A DNA stretch of 64,000 nucleotides, taken from positions 1,625,042 to 1,689,041 of the forward strand of contig OX638375.1 in assembly GCA_951813575.1 (NCBI GenBank), read 5' to 3'. The stretch comes from Candidatus Binatia bacterium. GTDB lineage: Bacteria; Desulfobacterota; Binatia; UBA9968; JAJDTQ01. The stretch's first letter is position 1, and each line of letters starts with the position of its first letter. Below the pieces are notes generated by a model. That model saw only the letters and a list, made by a program, of their open reading frames with translations. It had not been told where the DNA came from and searched no databases. Below, in pieces: positions 28,730-39,114 of the stretch. Made by a program: the position numbers and the translations under genes.

Positions 28730-31342
28730 ATGAAAAGCAAGGTATCCAGGCTCCTGGTTTTCCTGTCGCTCACGGCGGTGCTGGCGGTGGCGGCGGTGGT
28801 GGGACTGGAAGCGCTGCTGGAGAACCGCAAGGAGGCCATACGCCGGCAGATGGCGGAAGCCATCGGCCGAGCGGTAACCTTCGACACCGTCCACCTGAGT
28901 TTTCTCCGACACCCGGGGAGCCTCGGCATCACGGTGACCGACCTGCGCGTCGCCGACGACCCCCGGTTCGCGGCCACCCCGCTGATCCATGCAACCCAGA
29001 CCACCATTTCTCTGGGGTGGCTGTCGCTCTTCACCAGCAACCCCACCGTCTCCCACATCATCCTCAACCAGCCCGAGGTCCAGGTCATCCGTAACGAGTA
29101 CGGCGACGTCAATATCTTCACGCCGGCGCAGCCGCTGAGCTCGGACTTCCGATCGGTCCACACCACGGTAAGCGCCACCGGTGGAAAGCTCTATTTCATC
29201 GACCGATCATCGGACAAACCGGAAGAATTACGCATCCACCATCTCGACATGGCGCTCTCGTGGTCGGCCGGACGGAGCGTCGACGTGGATCTTTCCGGGA
29301 CTCTCACCCCGGACGGCGAGCTGCCGTTCTCGGTGACGGGTACCGTGGGCACGTCGCGGCCGCTGTCGAAGTGGGGCGAGAACCCGGTGGATCTGGAGGT
29401 GCGCGCGGAATCCCTGCCGAAGGTGTTCGCGGCCCGTGGATGGAAGCTGCTGGAGAACCACCTCCCCGGCTACCTCCGTCCCTCCACGCCTCTCGCCGTG
29501 AGCACGCGTGTGTCCGGCCGTCTGGCCAGGCCGCGGCTGTCGCGGATGCGGGTCACCGGCGCCCTGTTCGGCGCCGGCGCCGACAATGCCGCGTTCGAGG
29601 GCGAACTCGACTTTTCCAAGGCGGCGTCGTGGAACGAGGGGCGCATCAAGGCGGAGTTGCAATTGGGCCCGGTGACGCTGGAGCAGCTCAGGCAGATTCC
29701 CTGGGTGGATCGGGTGTTGCCCGCGGCGCTGGCAGTGCACAAACCCCTGAACCTTGCCAACGTCGTCGAGGGACGGCTCGACGACCTGAAGATTCACACC
29801 TCGGTGGCGGCGGACGCCAATGCGGTCCAGTACGGCAAATGGCTTGAAAAGGCGCCCGGCGTTACGGCCCGGCTGGCCATGGCCATGCGGGTACGCAAGA
29901 ACCGACTCCTCATCGGCCCGTCCGAGGCCCGGCTTCACACCGGAACGGTGGCGTTCTCGGGTTCCATCCACCAACACCCGGAACAGGTGGTGCGGCTACA
30001 GGTGAAGACCGCCGATCTGCCGCTGGCGGGATGGCAGGATCTGGTGCCCGCGGCAGCAGGCTACGAGCTCGACGGCACCGTGAACGCCGACTTCTCCTTG
30101 CGGCAGAAGTCGGCTCCACGGAACGAGCCGCCGACGATCACGGGCAGCCTCCGGTTGGCCGACATCAACGTCATCGGCCCGCCAGGGAAGCACAGGACGA
30201 TCCAGGGGCTCCAGGGGGAGCTGGAGTTCCGCGGCCGGGACATCGAGATCCGAAACATCCAGTTGAGGTCGGGGTTGTCGGACCTGCGGCTGCATGGGCT
30301 GCTGGCGGACCTGAACCACCCCACCCTTCACTACAGCGTGCAGTCCAACCTGTTGAATCTCGCCGACGTCACCGGAGACGCGGCGTACCGGGCGGATTCC
30401 TTGAGCAACCTGGTGAGCGAAGGGTCCGCGGGGTTCACCGAGGGCGTGCTGGCGGTCAAGGGCCATCTCGCCTCCAGCAACGGGCGCCTGAAGGGGGTCC
30501 CATACCGCAACCTTCGCGGGGTCGTGCGCTGGAGCGGGGCCGGCGTGAGGGTCGACGGGCTGGACGTTGAAGCGCTGGGCGGCAGGGTCCGCGGCGGCGG
30601 CGCGTTCACGAACCGCGACGGCAAGGGCTTCGAGATCGAGTTCAACCCCGCGGTGGAATCCATGGAACTGGCGGACCTTCTTGCCCATCTCCCGCTCGGG
30701 CCGACAGACCCGGTCAACGGGAGCCTGGACCTGGAGGGCCGGTTCAGGAGTTCCGGAAAGGACTGGGTGTCCGTGGTCCGCAACCTCAGCGGACGGGGCC
30801 GTTTCAGCCTGGACAAGGGGGTCGTGGCCAATTTCAATCCCGTCCGCCGGGTGCTTGGGGGCATGGATGCCGTGGAAGGCGTCGACCGGATCGATGCCGC
30901 CGGGCCCGCTTTCATCTCCCTGGTCCGGGACGAACGGGCTTCCTTCGACAGGGCCGAGGGCACGTTCACCGTCGACCGGGGCCGGCTCCGGAGCCACGAT
31001 CTGCGGCTGATCGCCGACGAGTACAGCATCGTCGGAAAAGGCTGGGCGGACGCTGACGGCGACGTGGATCTGCAGGCGACCCTTGTACTCTCGTCCGAAT
31101 TCTCCCGTGACCTGAGCGGACGCTACCGCAACGTCCGCTACCTGTTCGACGCCGACGGCATCAGCGTGCCTTTCCGGCTGGCCGGACACATCCCCGACGT
31201 GACCATTCGACCCAACGTCGTGCAACTCACCCGTTACATGTACGACAAGCTTGCCGAAGAGAGGCCGCCGAGGCGCGACCGCGACAGCGGCTTCAACCTG
31301 TGGAAGCGATTGGAACGGGGCTTCCGGGAGATGCTGCGCTGA
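28730..31342 (+). CDS. AsmA-family outer-membrane biogenesis protein
   Basis: It has an N-terminal transmembrane anchor and 870 aa of extended periplasmic repeat sequence, typical of AsmA/TamB-like proteins. Confidence 0.6.
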   Translation: MKSKVSRLLVFLSLTAVLAVAAVVGLEALLENRKEAIRRQMAEAIGRAVTFDTVHLSFLRHPGSLGITVTDLRVADDPRFAATPLIHATQTTISLGWLSLFTSNPTVSHIILNQPEVQVIRNEYGDVNIFTPAQPLSSDFRSVHTTVSATGGKLYFIDRSSDKPEELRIHHLDMALSWSAGRSVDVDLSGTLTPDGELPFSVTGTVGTSRPLSKWGENPVDLEVRAESLPKVFAARGWKLLENHLPGYLRPSTPLAVSTRVSGRLARPRLSRMRVTGALFGAGADNAAFEGELDFSKAASWNEGRIKAELQLGPVTLEQLRQIPWVDRVLPAALAVHKPLNLANVVEGRLDDLKIHTSVAADANAVQYGKWLEKAPGVTARLAMAMRVRKNRLLIGPSEARLHTGTVAFSGSIHQHPEQVVRLQVKTADLPLAGWQDLVPAAAGYELDGTVNADFSLRQKSAPRNEPPTITGSLRLADINVIGPPGKHRTIQGLQGELEFRGRDIEIRNIQLRSGLSDLRLHGLLADLNHPTLHYSVQSNLLNLADVTGDAAYRADSLSNLVSEGSAGFTEGVLAVKGHLASSNGRLKGVPYRNLRGVVRWSGAGVRVDGLDVEALGGRVRGGGAFTNRDGKGFEIEFNPAVESMELADLLAHLPLGPTDPVNGSLDLEGRFRSSGKDWVSVVRNLSGRGRFSLDKGVVANFNPVRRVLGGMDAVEGVDRIDAAGPAFISLVRDERASFDRAEGTFTVDRGRLRSHDLRLIADEYSIVGKGWADADGDVDLQATLVLSSEFSRDLSGRYRNVRYLFDADGISVPFRLAGHIPDVTIRPNVVQLTRYMYDKLAEERPPRRDRDSGFNLWKRLERGFREMLR

Positions 31343-31404
31343 CCGCCTTGGGCCCCTCCGAGCCTCGTTCGCGCCACCGCACCGGCAACCCCTTCTTCCG
31401 ACCC

Positions 31405-31692
31405 ATGGACCTCCACGAGATCTACCTGCAGGTACGCCGGCAGGACATCGCGTACATCAAGTTCATCGTGGAATCCTACGAGCTGCTCGGCATCCTCCGC
31501 ACCGTGGACTCCGAGGAAGCGGTCATCGTCCTGCTGGTGCTGGAAGACTCCCTGACCCTGGCCCGCGAGGTGCTGGCCGCCCTGGCCGGCGAAGTGGACC
31601 TGAAGGAGGTGCCCCGGCCCGCGGGTCTGGGCGGCGACTGGCTTCTCGGCGACCTCGCCATCCACGGCCGGGACGCCGGCGAAGAAACGTAA
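31405..31692 (+). CDS. DUF4911 domain protein
   Basis: The sequence MDLHEIYLQVRRQDIAYIKFIVESYE matches DUF4911. It lies immediately upstream of rnr. Confidence 0.6.
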   Translation: MDLHEIYLQVRRQDIAYIKFIVESYELLGILRTVDSEEAVIVLLVLEDSLTLAREVLAALAGEVDLKEVPRPAGLGGDWLLGDLAIHGRDAGEET

Positions 31693-33813
31693 TTGAACGA
31701 CCTCTCCAACCTCAAACCCCGGATCCTCTCGTTCATGCTCTCCAGGCCGGGGCACCGCTTCAGCCTCAAGGAGATACGGAAAGGCTTCGGCAAACCGGCC
31801 AGGGAGACGGTGGTGCAGGCGCTCAAGGAACTGATCCACGAGCGCAAGGTGATCCGCCTCCAAAAGAACCACTACTCCCTCGCCAAGGCCGCCAGCGTCG
31901 TGTCCGGGGTGGTCCAGGGACATGCCGACGGCTTCGGTTTCGTGGTCCCCGATCAGAAGGGGATGGACGACATCTATCTCAACCGCAGGGAGATGCGGCG
32001 GGTCATGCACGGCGACCGGGTGCTGGTGCGCCCGGAGAAGAAGCGGCACGGCGACAGCCAGGGGCACGTCGTGGAAGTGCTGGAGCGGGGACAGCGTCGT
32101 CTCGTGGGGGTGGTCCAGACCGACGGGGAGCGCGCCCTGCTGGTGCCCATGGACCCGCGCGTGGCGCCCGCGATTCCGCTGGCGGGCGCGGGAGCGGCAC
32201 TCCCCGGCCAGGTGGCGGCGGTGGAGATGACCCGCTACGGCGGCGGCTATACGGCTCCCGAGGCCCGGCTCGAGCGGCTACTGGGCTCGCCCGACGACCC
32301 CGAGGTGCAGGCGCAGGCGGTGATCTTCCGCTACGGCTGGCCCGAGGACTTCTCGGAGAAGGCCCGGCAAGAGGCGGAGCGCCACGGCGCCGGCGTCGAC
32401 GCCGCCGGCCTCACCGGACGGCGGGACCTGCGGCCGCTCACCACCATCACCATCGACGGCGAGACCGCCCGCGACTTCGACGATGCCGTCGGCCTGGAGC
32501 GGACGGCCGCCGGAGGCTACGCGCTCTACGTCTCCATCGCCGACGTGGCCCATTACGTGCCGCGGGACTCCGCCATTGACGTCGAGGCCCGCGAACGCGG
32601 CACCAGCTTGTACTTCCCGGACCGGGCCCTGCCCATGCTGCCGCCGGCTCTGTCCACGGGCATCTGCAGCCTCAAGCCGGGCGTGGACCGGCTCACGCGC
32701 ACGGCGCTCCTGGAGATCGACCGCAGGGGCGAAGTCGAACGGGTGGAGATCTTCCGGTCGGTGATCCGGAGCGCCGCCCGGCTCACCTACACCGAGGTGG
32801 GCCGCATGCTGGTGGACCGGGACGCCGCCGTCATCGGGAAGTACCCGGAGCTGATCGACTCCCTCCCCGCCATGGAGGAACTGACGCGCCTTCTCATGGA
32901 CCGGCGGCGCGCCCGAGGCAGCCTCGACTTCGAGTTGCCGGAGACGGAAATCGTGCTGGGCGAGGACAACATGCCCATCGACATCCGGCGCGCCCGACGC
33001 ACCATCGCGCACCGCATGATCGAGGAGTTCATGATCGCGGCCAACGAAGCGGTGGCCGGCTACTTGCGGAAGCGCAAGTTCCCGTGCGTGTACCGCGTGC
33101 ACGAAGGACCCGACGAGGACACCCTGGACGCCATCGGCCCGTTCCTCTCGACCCTGGGGTACCGGCTCCACCGGAGCGAGGAAAAGATATCGTCCCGGGA
33201 GCTCCAGCGCACCCTGGAAGCTTGCCGCGGCAAGCCGGAGGAACGGGTGCTGAACCGCATGCTGCTGCGCTCCATGAAGCAAGCCTGTTACGACCGGGAG
33301 AACATCGGCCACTTCGGCCTGGCGTCCGACGCCTACCTGCACTTCACCTCCCCCATCCGCCGCTACCCCGACCTCATGGTCCACCGGCTCCTGGACCGCG
33401 CCACCGCGGGCCCGAAGCTGGACTCCGGGACGCGGGAAGACCTCGACGCCTACCTGCGGGAGGCCGCCGACCACGGCTCCCGGCGCGAGCGCCTGGCCAT
33501 GGACGCCGAGCGCGAGATGGTGGACCTCAAGAAGGCCCAGTTCATGACCGACAAGATCGGCCAGGAACACACCGGCGTCATCACCAACCTGACCAACTTC
33601 GGCTTCTTCGTCGAGCTGGACCGCTGGTTCGTGGAAGGACTGGTCAGCCTCCGATCCCTGGAGGACGACTTCTACCGCTATTACGACACCGCCCACCTCA
33701 TCAAGGGACAGAACCACGGCCGGAGCTTCCGCATGGGCGACCCGGTCACGGTGAAGGTGTCGCGGGTGAAGCTCTTCCAGGGGGAGATCGACTTCGAGCT
33801 GGCGCGGCCGTGA
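31693..33813 (+). CDS. rnr: Ribonuclease R
   Basis: It has OB/cold-shock domains, an RNB catalytic domain (HFGLASDAYLHFTSPIRRYPDL) and a C-terminal S1 domain. Confidence 0.9.
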   Translation: MNDLSNLKPRILSFMLSRPGHRFSLKEIRKGFGKPARETVVQALKELIHERKVIRLQKNHYSLAKAASVVSGVVQGHADGFGFVVPDQKGMDDIYLNRREMRRVMHGDRVLVRPEKKRHGDSQGHVVEVLERGQRRLVGVVQTDGERALLVPMDPRVAPAIPLAGAGAALPGQVAAVEMTRYGGGYTAPEARLERLLGSPDDPEVQAQAVIFRYGWPEDFSEKARQEAERHGAGVDAAGLTGRRDLRPLTTITIDGETARDFDDAVGLERTAAGGYALYVSIADVAHYVPRDSAIDVEARERGTSLYFPDRALPMLPPALSTGICSLKPGVDRLTRTALLEIDRRGEVERVEIFRSVIRSAARLTYTEVGRMLVDRDAAVIGKYPELIDSLPAMEELTRLLMDRRRARGSLDFELPETEIVLGEDNMPIDIRRARRTIAHRMIEEFMIAANEAVAGYLRKRKFPCVYRVHEGPDEDTLDAIGPFLSTLGYRLHRSEEKISSRELQRTLEACRGKPEERVLNRMLLRSMKQACYDRENIGHFGLASDAYLHFTSPIRRYPDLMVHRLLDRATAGPKLDSGTREDLDAYLREAADHGSRRERLAMDAEREMVDLKKAQFMTDKIGQEHTGVITNLTNFGFFVELDRWFVEGLVSLRSLEDDFYRYYDTAHLIKGQNHGRSFRMGDPVTVKVSRVKLFQGEIDFELARP

Positions 33814-33822
33814 CACTTGGTG

Positions 33823-34695
33823 TCAACGCGCAACGGACACCAGGACGATCCCCATGACCACCAGCACCGTCCCGAGCACGGTGCCGCGGGTTACCCGTTC
33901 CATGTCCCGGAGGAAAATGACGGTGCCCAGGAGGATCCACATGGGCAGGGTGGCGGTGATGGGGGCGATGACGATGACCTCGCCGGCGTTGAGGGCGTAG
34001 AGGATGCCGCCGGCGGAGACGCCTTCGAAGAGTCCCGCCGCGACAAAGGGCCAGAACGCCCGCCGGTCCCAGACGTAGCGTTGCGCCAGTCCCGGTACGG
34101 CCTGGGTGATTCCCAGCAAGGCCAGGCCCACCGTGCCGGTGACGGCGGTGAAGAAGACCGGCTCCGGGGTCAGGGTCAGCGCGGCCCGCCGCAGGGGGAA
34201 GGCGATGCCCGCCATGACCGCGGCGGCCAGGGGCACCAGGACATACCACCTGGGGCTGTCCGCCTTGTCTTCGGTCGCCTTGGCGCTCTCCCGGGAAATG
34301 GCCGCGATGCCGCCGACCACCGTCACGTTGCCGAGGAACACGGGCAGCGTCAGTTCTTCCCCCAACAGTGAAATCGCGATGAGGCCCGCCCAGAAAGGGT
34401 GGGTGGCCCGGAGCGAGCCGCTCCGGGCGGCGCCGATGGTCTGCATGCCCCGATAGGTCAACTGGCGCACGAAGGGTTGCAGGCTGCCGGCGGCGACCAT
34501 CAGCGCCACCGCGTACCAACTGAAGTCGGGAATCCCGCCCCGAATCGCCACCGCCGCGCTGAAGATCCCGGCCTGGAACACCATGGAGAAGGTCGTCACG
34601 GTGGCCGGGGTGGAGTAGCGCAGGCCCCGGCGCGCGACGATGAAGCTCACGGCATACATGGCGGCGGAAACGACGGCGACGAGTTCGGGAATCAT
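33823..34695 (-). CDS. EamA-family (DMT superfamily) transporter
   Basis: It has ten transmembrane segments and a duplicated EamA domain. Confidence 0.75.
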   Translation of the reverse strand: MIPELVAVVSAAMYAVSFIVARRGLRYSTPATVTTFSMVFQAGIFSAAVAIRGGIPDFSWYAVALMVAAGSLQPFVRQLTYRGMQTIGAARSGSLRATHPFWAGLIAISLLGEELTLPVFLGNVTVVGGIAAISRESAKATEDKADSPRWYVLVPLAAAVMAGIAFPLRRAALTLTPEPVFFTAVTGTVGLALLGITQAVPGLAQRYVWDRRAFWPFVAAGLFEGVSAGGILYALNAGEVIVIAPITATLPMWILLGTVIFLRDMERVTRGTVLGTVLVVMGIVLVSVAR

Positions 34696-34719
34696 GGCGA
34701 GGTGTTACCTGCGGCACGC

Positions 34720-35637
34720 TCAGCGGGCCGCGATGATCGTGACGGTGCCGGCCACCACCGCGACGGTGCCGGTGACCGACCTGACGTTGAGTCGTTCCAC
34801 GCCGCGCAGGAACAGCAGGGCCAGCACCTGGGTCCAGAGCGGCGAGGTGGCCACCAGCGGAGCCACCGCCACCACCTGGCCCATGCTGACGGCGATGAGC
34901 GAGAACAGCGAGGCCACCGTCTCGAAGGCCCCCGCCACCACGAACGGAAGCAGGGCGCGCCGGTCCCAGGCAATGCGCTCCCGGGTGCCGCCGGCGAACA
35001 TCGAAACCGCCAGGCACACCGCCGCCACCGTGGCCAGAACAGCGGCAAAGAACAGGGGCTCGTTGGAGATGTCGAGCCCGTAGCGCCGCACCGGGAACGC
35101 GATGCCCGCCAGGAACGCGGCGGCGAGCGGGAACAGCACATACCACCGGCGGTGACGTGGGTGCGGGTCGTGGAGGACCTCGCCCCGGACCGCCGCGGTC
35201 CGGCCGCGGTTCGCGACGGCGCGGCCGGAACTCCAGGAAATGAGGATCGTGCCCGCCACCACCAGCACCGTCCCCGCCATGACGCCGGGGCCCAGGCTCT
35301 CGCCGAGCAGGGCCACCGACAGAATCGCGCTCCAGAGCGGATAGGTGGTGCGCAGCGGCTGGCTGCGGGAGGCGCCGATCCTGGCCACGCCGGTGAAGGT
35401 CAGGTAACTCGTGGCCGTCTGCATGACGCCCAACAGCACGAACACCAGCAGGGCCAGCCGGGCCACCGCGGGAACGCCGCCGGTGGCCAGGACCGCGCAC
35501 CACAAGAGCGTCATCCGCACGGCCATGGCGACGCAGGTGGCGGTGAGCGGCGTGGAGTATTGCAGCCCGAGCCGGGAGGAGACCGAAACCGACGCGTAGG
35601 CGAAGGCCGCCATCAAGGCTATGGCTTCGGCGGGCAA
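34720..35637 (-). CDS. EamA-family (DMT superfamily) transporter, tandem paralogue
   Basis: It has the same architecture as 33823..34695. Confidence 0.75.
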   Translation of the reverse strand: MPAEAIALMAAFAYASVSVSSRLGLQYSTPLTATCVAMAVRMTLLWCAVLATGGVPAVARLALLVFVLLGVMQTATSYLTFTGVARIGASRSQPLRTTYPLWSAILSVALLGESLGPGVMAGTVLVVAGTILISWSSGRAVANRGRTAAVRGEVLHDPHPRHRRWYVLFPLAAAFLAGIAFPVRRYGLDISNEPLFFAAVLATVAAVCLAVSMFAGGTRERIAWDRRALLPFVVAGAFETVASLFSLIAVSMGQVVAVAPLVATSPLWTQVLALLFLRGVERLNVRSVTGTVAVVAGTVTIIAAR

Positions 35638-35662
35638 CGGCGCAATAACCCCGGTCGGCGTT

Positions 35663-36586
35663 TCATGGGGAGCCGGCGGCGGCCGGTTCGAGGCTCGCGG
35701 CCCCCGGAGCCAGCCAGCGCGACGCCAGTTCCGGCACGCTCGGGCCCGCGTCCGGCGCGGTCATCCGCGCCAGCCTTTCGACTTGCGGCAGGTCCACGGT
35801 CACACGCGGGTCCAGTAGCCCCAGGTACTCGTCGTAGAGCACCGCCGCCAGATCGGGCGCGTACCCGAAGACCCGTTCGAGCATGGCCAGGGTCTCGTCG
35901 CGATGCCCCTGGAGGTAGCCAATGGCTTCGCGGTGCGCGGCCAGGAACGCGGCCATGGCGCTGCCCTTCTCGCCCAGGAGCGACGCCGTCGTTTCGATGG
36001 TGATGGGCAACGGGTCTCCCGCCACCTCCGGCCAGTCCGGGACCGGCAGGAAGCCCCGTTCCCGCGCGACGAAATCGAAGGGCCGCGGCAACAGCGCCGC
36101 ACCCGCGGACCCCTCGGCGAGCCGGTCCAGCGCGTTCTGATCGGTGTCCACCGTGTCAAGCCCGAGGTCCGCTCCCAATTCGAGGCGGGCCAGGCCGCGG
36201 AACGTCTCCGCCAGCGGCGCGGTCTCGGCGATGACACGGCGGCATGCCAGCACCTTGCCCTTGAGATGTGCAAGCTCGCGTGTCCCGGCCGGGGCCATGA
36301 GCACGTAGGGGCTGCTGTTCATGCACGAGCCGACGAGCCGCGTGGCCCCGGTGCGCAGGAAATGCTGGAGCGACGCCCGCCCGATGACGAGGGACAGGTC
36401 GGCGTCGCCGTCCGCCAGCGCCTGATTGCGCTCGTCCGTGCCCTGTACGTGGTCCCACGACAGTTCCAGCCCGTGCCGCCGGTAGATGCCCTGCTCGATT
36501 CCCAGATACCCGGTGGGGTCGCGCGCCACGCTCTCACTCCCCTCGCCGAGAACCCCATAGAGCACCCTTAGCCGTGTGAGTTGCAT
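35663..36586 (-). CDS. NMT1/THI5-like (SsuA/TauA-type) substrate-binding-fold protein. No obvious signal peptide from the chosen start.
   Basis: This is the lower 307 codons of ORF 35663..37003. The family call is a guess from overall fold and composition. Confidence 0.45.
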   Translation of the reverse strand: MQLTRLRVLYGVLGEGSESVARDPTGYLGIEQGIYRRHGLELSWDHVQGTDERNQALADGDADLSLVIGRASLQHFLRTGATRLVGSCMNSSPYVLMAPAGTRELAHLKGKVLACRRVIAETAPLAETFRGLARLELGADLGLDTVDTDQNALDRLAEGSAGAALLPRPFDFVARERGFLPVPDWPEVAGDPLPITIETTASLLGEKGSAMAAFLAAHREAIGYLQGHRDETLAMLERVFGYAPDLAAVLYDEYLGLLDPRVTVDLPQVERLARMTAPDAGPSVPELASRWLAPGAASLEPAAAGSP

Positions 36587-36839
36587 TCCGTTACCCCGCC
36601 CCACCCCCTGGATTCCCGCCTTCGCGGGAATGACGCCATAGGGTGGCCATTCCCCTTCCTGTCCACTCATGCCGGCTCGCCCGGCAAAGCTTGACACCAC
36701 CATAGCGAAGGTGTACCGCCTTGCATAGGCGGGTCGGTTTGGCGCCGTCCGTGGCGCTTCCGCACACGGGTTGCCGCGACCGGCAACGACCGTCCCCCGG
36801 CGCGGGAACGGGGCCCATTTCTCGAAGGAGGCACAGCCC

Positions 36840-37910
36840 ATGAGCATCGCACTGTCCCACGGCGGAACCACCATATATTCGTCCCCCTCCCGCTCCGACG
36901 AACTTTGGGTAGGGACGCACAAGGGCATCGCAGTGCTGGAACGCGGCTCCGGCGGCTGGCGCGTCGCCCGCCACATGCTGGAGGACAAGCACATCAGCGC
37001 CATCCACCAGGAACCGGAGAGCGGCCTGTTCTTCGTCGGCGCGTTTCACGCGGGGCTGCACGTAAGCGGCGACCACGGCGCCACCTGGGAGGCGCGCGAG
37101 AACGGGCTGACCGAGCTGGACGTCTACAGCATCAATTCGTCACGCAGCAACGGCCGCACCCGGCTCTACGCGGGCACCGAGCCTGCGCACCTGTTCTGCA
37201 GCGACGACCTGGGGGAGCACTGGACCGAGCTGCCGGCGCTGCGGTCGGTGCCCAGCGTCCCCAACTGGAAGTTCCCGGTGCCGCCGCACATCGCCCACGC
37301 CAAGCACATCAACTTCGATCCGCACGACCCCGACACCGTGTACGTGAGCGTGGAGGTGGGAGGCCTCCTCAGGAGCCGGGATCGCGGCGAGTCCTTCGAG
37401 GAGCTTCTCGGGATCTACGAGGACGCCCACAGGCTGGTGATCCACCCGCGGGACTCCGATCGCCTGTATGAAGTGACCGGACGCGGGTTGTACGTTTCGG
37501 CGGACGGCGGAAAGAACTTCGAGGAGCGGCTCGTGCGGCCGTGCGAGAACGGCGATTATCCGGACGGATGCGTGCTCAATCCGCTGAATCCCGACATGAT
37601 GTTCCTGAGCGCGGCGCAGTACAACCCGGGCCAGTGGCAAAGGACCCACTTCGCCGGCGCGCGCATCTCGCGCAGCCTGGACGGCGGGCAAACCTGGGAG
37701 ATCCTGCGCAACGGACTCCCGGACCGCCTGCAGGCGAGCATCGAAGCGCTGTGCCTGGAAGCGGCGGGCGATTCGGTTTCGGTCTTCGCCGCCACCACCA
37801 GCGGCGAGGTCTATGCCAGTGACGATGGCGGGGATAGCTGGTCCGTCATCGCCAGCGGACTGGCGCCCGTCTCCAAGGACTTCCACTACAAGGACCTGCA
37901 GGCAGCATAA
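36840..37910 (+). CDS. BNR/Asp-box repeat beta-propeller protein (sialidase-like / Ycf48-like)
   Basis: Asp-box motifs recur: SDDLGEHW, SRDRGESF, SADGGKNF, SLDGGQTW, SDDGGDSW. The Met24 start has a GAAGGAGG Shine-Dalgarno sequence. Confidence 0.7.
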   Translation: MSIALSHGGTTIYSSPSRSDELWVGTHKGIAVLERGSGGWRVARHMLEDKHISAIHQEPESGLFFVGAFHAGLHVSGDHGATWEARENGLTELDVYSINSSRSNGRTRLYAGTEPAHLFCSDDLGEHWTELPALRSVPSVPNWKFPVPPHIAHAKHINFDPHDPDTVYVSVEVGGLLRSRDRGESFEELLGIYEDAHRLVIHPRDSDRLYEVTGRGLYVSADGGKNFEERLVRPCENGDYPDGCVLNPLNPDMMFLSAAQYNPGQWQRTHFAGARISRSLDGGQTWEILRNGLPDRLQASIEALCLEAAGDSVSVFAATTSGEVYASDDGGDSWSVIASGLAPVSKDFHYKDLQAA

Positions 37911-38082
37911 GCCCAAGGGCCTGTCCCGGCACGGCCGGGCATACACAACGCGAGAAGAGCCTCTGCGGCCGGCGCACGGGGGCGGGTATGGAACCCGCCC
38001 CCGTGTCGGTCCGCGCGGGTAGACAACGGACAACGGCGCGAACGTGCAAGGGATACGTCGGGCCGCGCAACGGGGATGACGG

Positions 38083-39099
38083 ATGAAGTTCGGTTTGTTG
38101 GTTGATTGCCACGTACGCGAGGGGCGGACGCAGACTCTCGCTTTCGACGAGTTGTTCGACCAGGTGGATGCCGCCGAATCCATGGGGCTGGATTCCATCT
38201 GGATCGTCGAGCATCATTTCCGGCCCAAGGCCTCGGTGCTCTCGGCGTCCATGATGGTGGCCGGGGCCATCGCCGCGCGCACCAAGCGCGTCCGCATCGG
38301 CACGGCGGTGCAGGTGCTGCCGCTGGGCAATCCGCTGCGCATCGCGGAAGAGGTGGCCTCCATCGACCACATGAGCCACGGAAGGTTCGACTTCGGTGTC
38401 GGCCGCAGCAGCATCCCCAAGTTCTACGACGGCTTCAACATCCCCTACTCGGAAAGCACGGCACGTTTCGCCGAGTCGTTCGAGATCGTCTTGCGCGCCT
38501 TCACCCAGGAAACCTTCTCCTTCGAAGGCGACTACTACTCCTACCACGACGTCAGCATCTCGCCGCGGCCGCTCCAGCAACCCTATCCCCCCATCTACAT
38601 GGCCGTGCGCACGCCCGAGGGCTTCGCACACACGGCCCGCAGCGGATTCAACGTGGTGCTGTGGTTCATGGGCGACTACTACGAGGACCGCCTGCAGATC
38701 TACCGTGACGAATGGCAGGCCGCGGGCCACGCCGATCCGCCGGAGATTCACGTACGCGTGCCCATCTTCGTGGCCGAGTCCGAGGAGCAGGCGCGGGAAA
38801 TCCCCCGGGCCAGCGTGGTTCACGACCTCCACCGGGTCATCGCCGAAGCCACCGCCATGAACGCCGCCGACCGCGTGGCCCAGGCCGAACGGTACCTGAG
38901 CGACTATGACGAGTTCCTGCGCACCCGCGTGGTGTTCGGGTCACCCGAGTCGGTGGTGGACCGCATCGAGGAATTCCGGGAGCGCATGGGACTCACCGGC
39001 CTGATCCTGGACATGAACCACGGCGGCCAGATCCCGCACGAGCAGGTCATCGACTCCATCCGGCTCCTCACCGAGAAGGTGGCGCCGCGGTTGGGTTAG
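38083..39099 (+). CDS. LLM-class flavin-dependent oxidoreductase (luciferase-like monooxygenase)
   Basis: The sequence MKFGLLVD...SIWIVEHHF...RVRIGTAV matches the LLM fold. Confidence 0.8.
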   Translation: MKFGLLVDCHVREGRTQTLAFDELFDQVDAAESMGLDSIWIVEHHFRPKASVLSASMMVAGAIAARTKRVRIGTAVQVLPLGNPLRIAEEVASIDHMSHGRFDFGVGRSSIPKFYDGFNIPYSESTARFAESFEIVLRAFTQETFSFEGDYYSYHDVSISPRPLQQPYPPIYMAVRTPEGFAHTARSGFNVVLWFMGDYYEDRLQIYRDEWQAAGHADPPEIHVRVPIFVAESEEQAREIPRASVVHDLHRVIAEATAMNAADRVAQAERYLSDYDEFLRTRVVFGSPESVVDRIEEFRERMGLTGLILDMNHGGQIPHEQVIDSIRLLTEKVAPRLG

Positions 39100-39114
39100 C
39101 AGCTACAGAACCCG

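Noticed and set aside
27361-36003. Long antisense ORFs (27361..29178-, 29996..31225-, 32278..33816-, 33746..35503-, 34399..36003+)
   Set aside because: Each is opposite a gene with a recognisable family (thiolase, AsmA, rnr, EamA). Their composition is that of GC-rich non-coding frames.
35663-37003. Full 446-aa ORF as the gene
   Set aside because: The upstream 139 codons overlap the divergent BNR gene's promoter region. Only the part from Met140 was kept.
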